The translations under genes and the position numbers were made by a program. Below the pieces are notes generated by a model. It was not told the DNA's origin and did not search any database. It was given only the letters and a program-made list of their open reading frames with translations. This document shows, in pieces, positions 47,171-60,720 of a stretch of 64,000 bases of DNA (the stretch's first letter is position 1; the number at the start of each line of letters is the position of its first letter). This DNA is from Candidatus Heimdallarchaeota archaeon (GTDB lineage Archaea > Asgardarchaeota > Heimdallarchaeia > Hodarchaeales > Hodarchaeaceae). The stretch spans positions 1 through 64,000 of the forward strand of contig DXJL01000066.1 in NCBI GenBank assembly GCA_019057635.1. Reading direction: 5' to 3'.

Positions 47171-47614
47171 CTACCGCATTGGTTTTTCTTTTCTTCCCGA
47201 GAGCATAGCTTTTAGACTTACTCCGTTGACATGGACTACTCTATATCGTACTCCTGGAAGATCTCCTACGGCTCCTCCTTTTCCTCCACCGATCCCTTCG
47301 ATTGAAATTTCATCATGTTCATCAATAAATAGTAATCCCCCATCTCCAGGTACAAAAGCTGTAACTTGTTTTCCATTTTTGATAAGTTGAACTCGTACAC
47401 ATTTTCTGATAGCTGAATTTGGTTGTTTTGATTCAATACCAACTTTTTCAATCACAATCCCACGAGCTTGCGGAGAACCTTCGAGAGGGTCATATTTTTC
47501 CTTCAAACGGAGCACTTTTCTCTTATATGTTGTACTCTTCCATCGGAATTTTTTCCGTTTCTTGACCAGCTTATTTGCTGCGAATTCGCCCCGTGGTGAT
47601 TTCAATCCAGTCAT
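47171..47614 (-). CDS. rps12: 30S ribosomal protein uS12
   Basis: [23 protein letters not shown]. Confidence 0.98.
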   Translation of the reverse strand: MTGLKSPRGEFAANKLVKKRKKFRWKSTTYKRKVLRLKEKYDPLEGSPQARGIVIEKVGIESKQPNSAIRKCVRVQLIKNGKQVTAFVPGDGGLLFIDEHDEISIEGIGGGKGGAVGDLPGVRYRVVHVNGVSLKAMLSGRKEKPMR

Positions 47615-47752
47615 GTTTTCTCGCCTAATCTTTGTAGATGAATGTGAGTTTTGTTTTCTCTTAGAAATATTGTTTAAAGTCGCAATAAACGTGTTTAACT
47701 TTGTTTTTTGTTAGGTTTTTGAACAGTTTGGCTTTACCTTCACGTTGTTAGG

Positions 47753-48193
47753 TCAATTCGGACATTGAATAATTACATTATTTACCCCAAAATGTCTTTT
47801 TAGTAGCAGACGTGACCGCTGTATATTTCTACCATTTTTGCCAATAGCTTTTCCTTTTTCTCTTTGAATCACTGTAACGATCACTGTTTTCTTGCCTGAT
47901 TTTTCAATAATTTCAACGTTTTTTGTTTTTGCAGGTGCTAATGTGTTTGTTACAAATTTTTCGATTCTTTCTGAATATTCCACAACTTCAATATTCTTCT
48001 TGAAATACTCACGAAGTCTTTGAATTGTAGTTCCTCCCCTTCCAATAACTTTTCCTGTGTCATTTCGACGAACAATAAAGATAACTCTGTTATCTTCTTT
48101 TTCCCAAATACAATCGATAGCTAGAGCCCCTGTTATTCCTTCTAATGTCGATATTAAGCTCAATTCATCTTGCGACATTCGTATATTGGACAA
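47753..48193 (-). CDS. nusA: Archaeal NusA
   Basis: Two KH motifs GKVIGRGG and GKAIGKNG; lies between eL30 and uS12. Confidence 0.93.
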   Translation of the reverse strand: MSNIRMSQDELSLISTLEGITGALAIDCIWEKEDNRVIFIVRRNDTGKVIGRGGTTIQRLREYFKKNIEVVEYSERIEKFVTNTLAPAKTKNVEIIEKSGKKTVIVTVIQREKGKAIGKNGRNIQRSRLLLKRHFGVNNVIIQCPN

Positions 48194-48204
48194 AAGTGAA
48201 CTTC

Positions 48205-48507
48205 CTATTCAATATATTCAAGAATCTTTGAATTTCCTGGATCCAAGATGGCGATTGTTGATACTTTGTGTGGACGTCCACATACGGCCCCCAACTCTTT
48301 TCCACTCTTTTCATATGAAATTATTGGTATTTTTGAAAGCTCACAGTTTCTTTTCAATTCTTCTGCAATATTGCCCGGTAAATTGCTTGAAACAATCGTA
48401 GCTTTTACTTTCCCATTTAATACGCTTTTTATCACATCATTGTAACCCATTCTTACTTTTCCTGTACTCATTGCCATATTTATAGCTTTTTCTATATCTG
48501 GTTTCAT
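48205..48507 (-). CDS. rpl30e: 50S ribosomal protein eL30
   Basis: TGKVRMG, ELGAVCGRPH, ILDPGNS; start taken at MKPDIEK. Confidence 0.93.
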   Translation of the reverse strand: MKPDIEKAINMAMSTGKVRMGYNDVIKSVLNGKVKATIVSSNLPGNIAEELKRNCELSKIPIISYEKSGKELGAVCGRPHKVSTIAILDPGNSKILEYIE

Positions 48508-48509
48508 AT

Positions 48510-52403
<3,894 letters not shown>

Positions 52404-52760
52404 AGTGTATTCTCCCAGTCATAGTATCAGCTGAGTAAGAATTATTGGATTAGAAAGGAATTAGAAATTTTTTGTCTGAGCAGTTCGCACAGAATTTGAG
52501 CATTAATCAACTAATGCAAAATTAAAAATGATTTATGTAGTTTCATAGAGAATTTGATTCATTAAGGATTTCGAAACTCTGAGTGAGTTATTGATCACAG
52601 AAAAAGAACTTCTTCAAGCAAATAAAATTCCTCTTCTATTTTTTCTGTTAACTGATGAATACCGTACGATTTAATGCAAAGTTAAGAGTTACTATAGTAT
52701 TTGGTAATCCCAAAACCTGATTTATTCCAATTATATTAGTTCTAAATGATATAATTGTGA

Positions 52761-53003
52761 TTATACAATATACACGTTTAGAGTTAAAATCAATAATCCA
52801 AATATTATTGCATACTTTCCAAATTTAGTACCAGTAGGAACATAGAGTATCGACCCTAAGGTAAGTGAAAGGAGTCCAAAAGGTATCGAGATAAAAATCG
52901 AAATAATTTCCTTAATTATCTGAACAACTATTACTTCTAGCATTTTATTACCACTTCCAAGTGGGAAAATTAGGAAAGTTATTTCCAAGGGGAATAATGA
53001 CAA
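52761..53003 (-). CDS. Small 2-TM protein, possibly TrbC/VirB2-pilin-like (likely start at MLEVIV)
   Basis: Helical hairpin: hydrophobic-GSILY-loop-GKYAIIFG-hydrophobic. Confidence 0.4.
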   Translation of the reverse strand: MSLFPLEITFLIFPLGSGNKMLEVIVVQIIKEIISIFISIPFGLLSLTLGSILYVPTGTKFGKYAIIFGLLILTLNVYIV

Positions 53004-53610
53004 CTAAAAGACAAATTATACTTTTTCTTATATTTTTAACAAAATTTTTTTCTGGATTAATAATATATAACCCACAGTTGCCAATGAGAAAAATTAGAGA
53101 TACTGTAGCAAGAATAAATACGAGATACATACTAACGAAAGATGTAAAAGATTCAAGCTGCTCAAGATTTGGCGAATTCATATTATTCTTGGGAGAAAAA
53201 TCATTAAATATGAAAATGAATAATGTAATTATACTAAGTGCACGGATGATCATTTTCTTACCATTTTCTTCCCTTTCATCTAGTAAATATGTTATTCCTC
53301 CTGATATCAAAGATAAGTATGATATTAGAAGTGCAATCACGTGAAGAAAGGGTAGAACTTCAACGAATAAGCCAATAATCGATGAAGAAATCCCCTCAAA
53401 TTGATTAATATCTAATATGTCAATAATTAGAATTATTTGACTCCTTAATAGTATTAGATAAGAATTTAATTCGTCTTTCTGACTTAATCGATACATGTTC
53501 AAAAATAAATGTTTTACTTGTATATAAGAACCATAAAATATTCTATATCTGTAAGTAGTAATTCCTAAACCAAATACCCCCTTATCTGAGACAAAGGACT
53601 TATCCTTCAA
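52948..53610 (-). CDS. Membrane protein with two TrbC/VirB2-like helical-hairpin repeats (start uncertain)
   Basis: LISGGITYLLDEREENGKKMIIRAL and LIGNCGLYIINPEKNFVKNIRKSII repeats. Confidence 0.45.
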   Translation of the reverse strand: MKDKSFVSDKGVFGLGITTYRYRIFYGSYIQVKHLFLNMYRLSQKDELNSYLILLRSQIILIIDILDINQFEGISSSIIGLFVEVLPFLHVIALLISYLSLISGGITYLLDEREENGKKMIIRALSIITLFIFIFNDFSPKNNMNSPNLEQLESFTSFVSMYLVFILATVSLIFLIGNCGLYIINPEKNFVKNIRKSIICLLVVIIPLGNNFPNFPTWKW

Positions 53611-54932
53611 ATCATGTCCAGATTTCTTGTTTCGAGATAATTAATGGTAAAAGAAGAATGTGTATTAATCTGTGAGTCAATAAATCGATCCTTTTGCCTA
53701 TCAGAAATTGTCAAGATATCTCCTTCTGGAGTTAGCTCTGCAATTCTAATAATAAATCTCTTACGGATGTTTTCTCTCCAAACTGTATCCATCTCAACAA
53801 ACACATGAGGGAATGACGTTTTAATGAGACTTATAGGAATTTTATAAATATCTTGTAATCGTAAGAGCAAATAATTGGGATCTTTTCCATGAATTGTCTG
53901 GATCGAGGGTATACCAACCGAAAGAACATTCAAGAGTGCTATAAAATTATCTTTTGTAGAAAGTTCTCCTAAGTTGACATAATCAGGACTTCTATGTAAT
54001 AATTTTTGAATTTCCATTGCTTTTGTATAGATATTGCTTTCATGAGGATCATAACCAAGCCTAAATCTTACCTGATTACCCCTCCTCAAACTTGAAGTTT
54101 CTAGTACATCCTCTACAGATAAAACTCTGAAATGAGAAGGAATAAATTCTAATAGAGCATTTTGCAGAGTTGTCTTTCCCGAGTTTGGAGGACCGATAAT
54201 GGAGAGGGATACTAAATTACTCATTATACTACTTAGAAAAATTCCTTGAGATTTCGTGATACTCCCGATATCAATCAAATCCTTAAGATGAAAATTGTGA
54301 TGACGAAACTTCCGTATATCTAAATGAATATCATCTATCAGTAAAGGTGGAATGTCAACCGTTATTCGTGTATGAAATAGCTTAGTCACAAAATCCCCCT
54401 TCATTGTTGGATTTTCTCGATTTAAATTAAAATCGTTCTCGAGAGCTACCCTATGTATAAAAGAGTCAATTTCTTTTTTGGATAACCGAATTTGGGAAGA
54501 ACACCTACCATACTGAGCATGATCAATGTATAAATAAGATTTACTCGAATCCAAGTATATTTCATCAATTTGGTTATCTACTAGCAAGGATCCAATTCTC
54601 TCCATGTTTAGAATTCTGAAAAGAACAGGAATAATTAAATGCTCTGAAAAACCTAAAGTCTTTCCTCCTAGATCTGATACAAAGGAAAGTAGTTCATCTA
54701 GCGTTATGAAATCTTGTTTATCCACAATTAATTCTTTTATGGTGTCTTTCAGCTCCTGTTCATACAAATTAAACCTTTTCAGTTCCCTCATTACTTTCTC
54801 ATCATAAACAACTTGATATTCAATCTTCGACGTAATTTTGTTCTTCTTTATCGATGCTTTATAACACCAAAATTCGTAAGAATCAATCAACATGCTAGAT
54901 TTTTGATTTATAACTAAATCAACTAATACCAT
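53607..54932 (-). CDS. Type II/IV secretion ATPase (VirB11/TadA-CpaF/ArlI family)
   Basis: EIYLD..YIDH..YG, DIRKF, Walker A GPPNSGKTT, Asp box SVEDVLE, Walker B RSPDYVNLGE, QTIH. Confidence 0.9.
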   Translation of the reverse strand: MVLVDLVINQKSSMLIDSYEFWCYKASIKKNKITSKIEYQVVYDEKVMRELKRFNLYEQELKDTIKELIVDKQDFITLDELLSFVSDLGGKTLGFSEHLIIPVLFRILNMERIGSLLVDNQIDEIYLDSSKSYLYIDHAQYGRCSSQIRLSKKEIDSFIHRVALENDFNLNRENPTMKGDFVTKLFHTRITVDIPPLLIDDIHLDIRKFRHHNFHLKDLIDIGSITKSQGIFLSSIMSNLVSLSIIGPPNSGKTTLQNALLEFIPSHFRVLSVEDVLETSSLRRGNQVRFRLGYDPHESNIYTKAMEIQKLLHRSPDYVNLGELSTKDNFIALLNVLSVGIPSIQTIHGKDPNYLLLRLQDIYKIPISLIKTSFPHVFVEMDTVWRENIRKRFIIRIAELTPEGDILTISDRQKDRFIDSQINTHSSFTINYLETRNLDMI

Positions 54933-54962
54933 GCAGAATTTCCTCCAATATTTTTCAAAAGA

Positions 54963-55322
54963 TTACTTTTTCTGTCTCATTGAGTTCTTAATCATTTTCT
55001 CAAATAAATTATCAAGTTTTCCAGGAGCAAATTTATCCATCTTAATGAGATTCTTCCGAACTAAATCAAAACAATATTTTCTTCTGACTTGACCATCCCC
55101 ATCTATATACAAGGTTAATACATGGCCATTTTTGGCGTGAGAAATTGCCTTCGTCAGAAGAGAGTGATCATTCCTTGCTTGTTCCAATTCTGTGAGATTT
55201 ATGGTTATAGACTCATATTTTCCACAAATAGGACACGTAGTGGTAATATACTTTGTCTGCTCTTCTAAAACGGGCACTTCCATCAATATTCTTATCGAGA
55301 ATATACAATTAATAACACCCAA
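54963..55322 (-). CDS. Small Zn-binding protein, unknown function
   Basis: CPIC...H...GHVLTLYIDGDGQVR; co-oriented upstream of the ATPase. Confidence 0.6.
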   Translation of the reverse strand: MGVINCIFSIRILMEVPVLEEQTKYITTTCPICGKYESITINLTELEQARNDHSLLTKAISHAKNGHVLTLYIDGDGQVRRKYCFDLVRKNLIKMDKFAPGKLDNLFEKMIKNSMRQKK

Positions 55323-55622
55323 ATATGATCAAAATTGTCCGATAAATCTTTCTCCTCATTTTCACCCTAGATAATAATGGAGGTTTATTTTGTTTTTTAC
55401 CTTTATTTTTCTTGATATAGATTATGCATTCTTAGGTTCTTATGAATCAATACTCAGTTAGCATTTGTAAATTGAAAAGGAATATAACTAAGGTTTTATC
55501 ACGCATTATGAAATTTCTGTATAGAACAAACGAGACAAAAGCGAGTTAAATCCAATGATCCCTTATATATTAGCTTTTAATAATACTTTATTGAATAACC
55601 AAGAATTTTTGAGGAATTCCGG

Positions 55623-57098
55623 TTGATGGATGTTATAACTAATCATGTATTCGGGAAATTAGATTTTTTTGAGAAACTAAATTACTCTCATTACTGGAAA
55701 TCTAAATATTGGATTACTAGAAGTCAGATAGAAACATTAATCCCCATTCTTAGTGTATTGTTTATAGGATTTACGTTTATTCAAATAATGACGGATCTTA
55801 TTAGAATCGAGTACCTGATCCTAGAATACTTCTTCTTTTTCGTGTGTTTACGTCTCATTTTTCTTTTCATACATCAAGATTTCAAAAATTATATGATTAA
55901 AGCTGAAATTATAGGATATTTTGTACTACATGAGTTATTAATAATTCTGGAAACATCAAAATCACTGAAAGAGGCGACTAAGTTTATTATAACAGGTAAA
56001 TATTTAATATTCTCGGATATATTTAGTGAAAGCCTGATTAGATCGCATTTTGGGCAACAACTCAATGATGCTCTTAGATCTCAAATTAATAGCCAAATTT
56101 CTGGAGAGTTAAGACGTATTTTTCTCAACGTTATTGATACTTGGGAAACTGGAGTTGAAGTCGCTCAGCTATCAACAAATATGATTCTAAACCATCTTTC
56201 CGAATATATTACGGAAGAAACTGATAAAGTGGATACGTGGGGTTCCCTTTTCTCAGGATTAATTTTCTTAAGTCCTCCAGTGATCTTATGCTTTCTCTTG
56301 CTTTCAGGCCAGATAAGCTATATTATTGTAATCATTTTAATAGCAACTGTTTTTTTTGGTTCATTTTTATTTCGACCTGATAAACATCTATCAATATTTA
56401 CCAGTGATTCACCGATTTTACCCTTTACTGACAATAAGACGATTGAATTATTAATGATCCATGCTGAAAACTTATCATTAGGAGTGTCCTATACAAAAAG
56501 CTTGAATAAAGCTTTAAATATTTATATCACAAATTCGACAGAGGACATCGCTTCCTCAATGAAAGACTCTCTTATTTCTTTTCGTCTAGGTATAGAACGC
56601 ACTTCTTTTACTGAGCTTGAAATTCTTAGGAAATTTTTTTCCTCTAGAACAATTCAAATCCTTAATTTGATTGAAAAATTTAGTTATGTTAACACAAAAC
56701 TAGCAGGTTCTAAGCTAATGATGATAACAGAAGAAATGAGTAAAACCGGCAACTTACTTCGCACTGGAAAAGCCAGAGTAAAAGCAATATCATTTCAGAC
56801 TACAATCATACAAACATTTTCACTTATTTCTTTAGGATTTATAGCTGGAGCAAGTCCTTTCTTTCAATTGATATCCTATTCTGTTGGAGAATTTGATCTC
56901 AAGACTCATATAGTTACAAATTTTGACCCTATTTTCATTTTCCTTGGATTTCTAATGAGTATATTACCTATATACTTTAATTTCAGCTCTGAATACAAAA
57001 TAAAGTCAACACAAGATATCATCATTCGTATTTCACGATTTCTGCTGTTCTTGATTGTATTCAATCTTGCTAGAGAAATCCTGACGGTGTCTTTCTAA
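55623..57098 (+). CDS. TadB/TadC (ArlJ/GspF-like) membrane platform protein
   Basis: Two repeats of TM pair + cytoplasmic helical domain (LETSKSLKEA..GQQLNDAL..TWETG; LSLGVSYTKSL) followed by TMs; divergent from the secretion ATPase. Confidence 0.6.
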   Translation: MMDVITNHVFGKLDFFEKLNYSHYWKSKYWITRSQIETLIPILSVLFIGFTFIQIMTDLIRIEYLILEYFFFFVCLRLIFLFIHQDFKNYMIKAEIIGYFVLHELLIILETSKSLKEATKFIITGKYLIFSDIFSESLIRSHFGQQLNDALRSQINSQISGELRRIFLNVIDTWETGVEVAQLSTNMILNHLSEYITEETDKVDTWGSLFSGLIFLSPPVILCFLLLSGQISYIIVIILIATVFFGSFLFRPDKHLSIFTSDSPILPFTDNKTIELLMIHAENLSLGVSYTKSLNKALNIYITNSTEDIASSMKDSLISFRLGIERTSFTELEILRKFFSSRTIQILNLIEKFSYVNTKLAGSKLMMITEEMSKTGNLLRTGKARVKAISFQTTIIQTFSLISLGFIAGASPFFQLISYSVGEFDLKTHIVTNFDPIFIFLGFLMSILPIYFNFSSEYKIKSTQDIIIRISRFLLFLIVFNLAREILTVSF

Positions 57099-57188
57099 AG
57101 AAAATAAATTTCATAAATTCTTGGGTTGTTTTAAATCTAGTTGGTGATCCTTAAGTAGAAATAAGATTTCAGGTAGGATTCTATTTAA

Positions 57189-60100
57189 ATGAGAGCTGGT
57201 CTATTTGTTCTTGATAAGGGTCAATCTATCGTGATATTATTTTTGTTTGTATCACCCATACTTGTAACCACAAATAATTCATCTATATCCTCATTAATAG
57301 GAATGACCGATCCTGATAATAGGTTAATGTCGTTGGCTTCAAGAACCAACGTTCAAAATGAGTTACCTGACATTCAACCAAGCATTCAATCCAGTTCTAC
57401 AAACAATAATCGAATCCCGTATTCCTGTGAACAAAATACCAGTGTTGATCTTACTAGCAAAAAGTTCTTTTCGATTAATACATCGGAAACTAGTAACATT
57501 CTTGTAGAATCAACCCCGATATCATCATCGTTCCTCATTCATTCTGGTGTCTCAGAAGAGAGAATTTCTTGGCAAAACGATATTGAGCCTGAATATGGCG
57601 ATGTAGAAATCTTTAAAAATCTCTCTGCATTTTTCCCGTATTATCGTCTGAATTTTTCAGAAAATAATGTTACTCCAGTGTCAGGAGTAACAAATACTGA
57701 TTTTAATGTAACAGCTAATCCATCACCATGTAATTTCTCAACAGAATTTTTATTCGAATATAGAATTCCCTTCATAAACAGTACGTTGATTAATGAAATT
57801 CATTCCTTAGTTTTGGAACTAAGGTTCAATGATGCCTCTTTAAATTTCATAATTGCTGACAAAGGTAGTTATTTCGGGACTCCTGTTGAGGAGAATGTTT
57901 ACAAACCTGGTACCAATTCATTATATATTCTGTGTAATGAAACAGACCAATCTGATTGGATTTTCAAAAATTATAATATTACACATTTAATTACTCAATA
58001 CTTCCTCCCCTCCGAATATTCTTTTTTCTCTCGGTTAGAAACCGTGTTTTGCTATATGTTTGCCTTCATTCCTGAATTCCACATTAGTTTAGACATTAAG
58101 GTGATTAATTATACTACTATATTGTCTCCTAATGAAAGTGCAGTGATATATACTATTGGCGAAACAGAAATTCAGAGTGAAAATGGAAGTCTGAAATATG
58201 AATTTCTTGGTAGTAATATATCACTTCAAGCCAGAGAAAATACTTTGTGGTATAATTACCAGATAACGATGTTCAATGTAGTTATAACACGATATATTGA
58301 AGTTTTTACTAGACCCCAACTGATTAGTTGGAATAACACTTTTGTGCGAGTCAATTTGAATCTATCTATTCCCCAGCTTTTCTCTCAGTCTCTTTCTAGT
58401 CGACTATTCATAACTCTTCCCTTGGATTGGATCCTCCTCAATAATAGAAACAGTTCAATACCTTTTGAAACATTAGGGCTTTTAGAAATCCCCTCTGATA
58501 ATTTGACTGGTCAACTATATTGTTTTTCGATTCAAAATCTTGAGACTTTTTTATTACAAAGCTGGGTTCCAAACTATATAAAAAATATTGAAGCTCCAAC
58601 TATTGTCTCATATTATGAGAAGATTCAAGTTCTAGGAAGCTTATTACAGCCAACAACAGGAGTCTTGCATCTCTATTTAATGAATAATACAGTTTTTCAT
58701 CATGATACTACAATTTGTATGTTGAATGGTAGTTTCATATTTTCTATGATAAGTATTGATGATATTTATCCATTAGGAGTCATTAATCTACTAATCAATC
58801 TGTCTTCTAATTATCAATTTGGAATATATCAACAAATACTTCACATTCACTCGGGGGAGGAAACCTCCGCCCGTATTAATCTCTTCACACCTGAAGTTCT
58901 TGAGATATACCAATACGATCCGATCTTTCTGAACCTCTCACTGGAAAAGAATGGATTAAAATACTTAGAAGAGTCAACAATGGTTATTCTAGTAATAGGA
59001 GAGTTTATACATCAATTAAATCAATCTATCAATGGATTTTTCCATCTCACAGTAAACCATGTAGTCTGGCCACCACAACAGAGCAATGTCACTGTTATTG
59101 CATCAAATGGTGGAGATTTTTTTGCATCAAAATACATAAATATAACGATTTATCCTATAGTTGTTGATTGGGATATTCAAAGGATTCCAGAAGTACAAAA
59201 TCCTGATAGTAATCTTTCTTTGGGAGTAAATGTATTTATAAGTCCACAAGAGGGTGGTACGAATTGGCCCTTATCTGGGGTGGATTTAACGATCTGGGTT
59301 AACAGTACATTGATTCATCAGTGTCCAACTAATGATTTTGGGTATGCTGACGTCATTATATCATCCAGAAATTACCACACTTCAAACCTTTTAAATCTAA
59401 TTATCATTGCGAAATTAGAAAATATCATACTTAAGATGAATACCTTTACAATCTCAATATCTAATGATTCTACCGAGACTGACAGAATTCATCCCTATCT
59501 CGATGAAATTATGAAAACTCCGATAGTCAGTAATAAGAGTTTTTTTTGTATTTACCATGTTATGTATCCTACTAATGGTTCTCAATGGTTTGTTTCCCAT
59601 GATAATTATCAAGGTACTCCAATTTCTGCCTATTTAATGAGAAATAATATTGTTTTAGAGATTGAAGTCACAGATCAATTAATTACTTGGGATCTTGTCA
59701 GTTCTCCAACGAATAATGATACTTTAGTCGTGGAATTTCTGGGGCCGTTTGTTACTTTTTCAGTCTCGCAAGGAGTTTCGAGTTATGATTTACATATTGA
59801 AAGTTTCTCGAATTCTACAATTTCTAATTATACAATAATATTGGATTTGGATTTCATTGATTTTCCTTTGAGTAAAATCGTTTTACGAGATTTTCTTAAG
59901 AGAGATATTACAAATAAGTTTGAAGTCGAACTTATAGACACACATATTCACTTAAAATTCTTAAATATTATTAATGGGATAATTGTCAACTACTATCTTG
60001 AGATCCAATTTGATACCCCTAATATCGAAATACTGACTAATTTTATGGAGAATTATGCATATGACGGCCTTATCACTGGAAAATGGAGATTTACTTCTTC

Positions 60101-60713
60101 CAGTGAGTTTTCCTATTCGGTTTCATATACAATTTCGAACCAATCTAGATCTGAGTGTCGAAATACAACTATAATTCCCCTTCCGAATAACACGTTCATT
60201 GTAGAAGCCTTTTTTCCAAGATTCAAATGGAATTCATCTGTTTTTGTAACCTTGAAGTTAAATTTCCCAAATGGAGCAATTTCTACAAGTCCTGGACAAT
60301 TCTTTACTATCATTGATCCCTATCCTCCTGATTATTCTTTTTATCTTGAATCCCACGACGAAATTATCAATCTTCATATAATCACAGCTGAACCTGAGTC
60401 AGGATCAGGAGTCCAAAGAATAATCGGTAAATATCTTGGAATTCAGTATAATTCATCGGTTTTAAACACAAATCATCATCTGATTGAACTTCCAAGAAAT
60501 AATTCTCAATTTGGGGTGATTAATGTTATAATATCAGATTGGGCTGGGAATGAAAATTCCTTTAATATTGATTTGAAATCTGAGTTGGAATCCCAACCTA
60601 TGAGAGAGAAACTAGATCCTTCGTTATTCCTCCCATCGCTATTCTCTCTAATGTCAATTTGTGGAATTTTGGCTTTTAAGTTCATAAGAAAAAGACAATC
60701 TTCTATTCTGTGA
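57189..60713 (+). CDS. Large cell-surface glycoprotein (Ig-like beta-rich, C-terminal TM anchor)
   Basis: N-terminal hydrophobic signal, many N-x-S/T sequons, IDPYPP...SGV...SDWAGN Ig-like motif, C-terminal TM + RKR. Confidence 0.7.
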   Translation: MRAGLFVLDKGQSIVILFLFVSPILVTTNNSSISSLIGMTDPDNRLMSLASRTNVQNELPDIQPSIQSSSTNNNRIPYSCEQNTSVDLTSKKFFSINTSETSNILVESTPISSSFLIHSGVSEERISWQNDIEPEYGDVEIFKNLSAFFPYYRLNFSENNVTPVSGVTNTDFNVTANPSPCNFSTEFLFEYRIPFINSTLINEIHSLVLELRFNDASLNFIIADKGSYFGTPVEENVYKPGTNSLYILCNETDQSDWIFKNYNITHLITQYFLPSEYSFFSRLETVFCYMFAFIPEFHISLDIKVINYTTILSPNESAVIYTIGETEIQSENGSLKYEFLGSNISLQARENTLWYNYQITMFNVVITRYIEVFTRPQLISWNNTFVRVNLNLSIPQLFSQSLSSRLFITLPLDWILLNNRNSSIPFETLGLLEIPSDNLTGQLYCFSIQNLETFLLQSWVPNYIKNIEAPTIVSYYEKIQVLGSLLQPTTGVLHLYLMNNTVFHHDTTICMLNGSFIFSMISIDDIYPLGVINLLINLSSNYQFGIYQQILHIHSGEETSARINLFTPEVLEIYQYDPIFLNLSLEKNGLKYLEESTMVILVIGEFIHQLNQSINGFFHLTVNHVVWPPQQSNVTVIASNGGDFFASKYINITIYPIVVDWDIQRIPEVQNPDSNLSLGVNVFISPQEGGTNWPLSGVDLTIWVNSTLIHQCPTNDFGYADVIISSRNYHTSNLLNLIIIAKLENIILKMNTFTISISNDSTETDRIHPYLDEIMKTPIVSNKSFFCIYHVMYPTNGSQWFVSHDNYQGTPISAYLMRNNIVLEIEVTDQLITWDLVSSPTNNDTLVVEFLGPFVTFSVSQGVSSYDLHIESFSNSTISNYTIILDLDFIDFPLSKIVLRDFLKRDITNKFEVELIDTHIHLKFLNIINGIIVNYYLEIQFDTPNIEILTNFMENYAYDGLITGKWRFTSSSEFSYSVSYTISNQSRSECRNTTIIPLPNNTFIVEAFFPRFKWNSSVFVTLKLNFPNGAISTSPGQFFTIIDPYPPDYSFYLESHDEIINLHIITAEPESGSGVQRIIGKYLGIQYNSSVLNTNHHLIELPRNNSQFGVINVIISDWAGNENSFNIDLKSELESQPMREKLDPSLFLPSLFSLMSICGILAFKFIRKRQSSIL

Positions 60714-60720
60714 GCTAACT

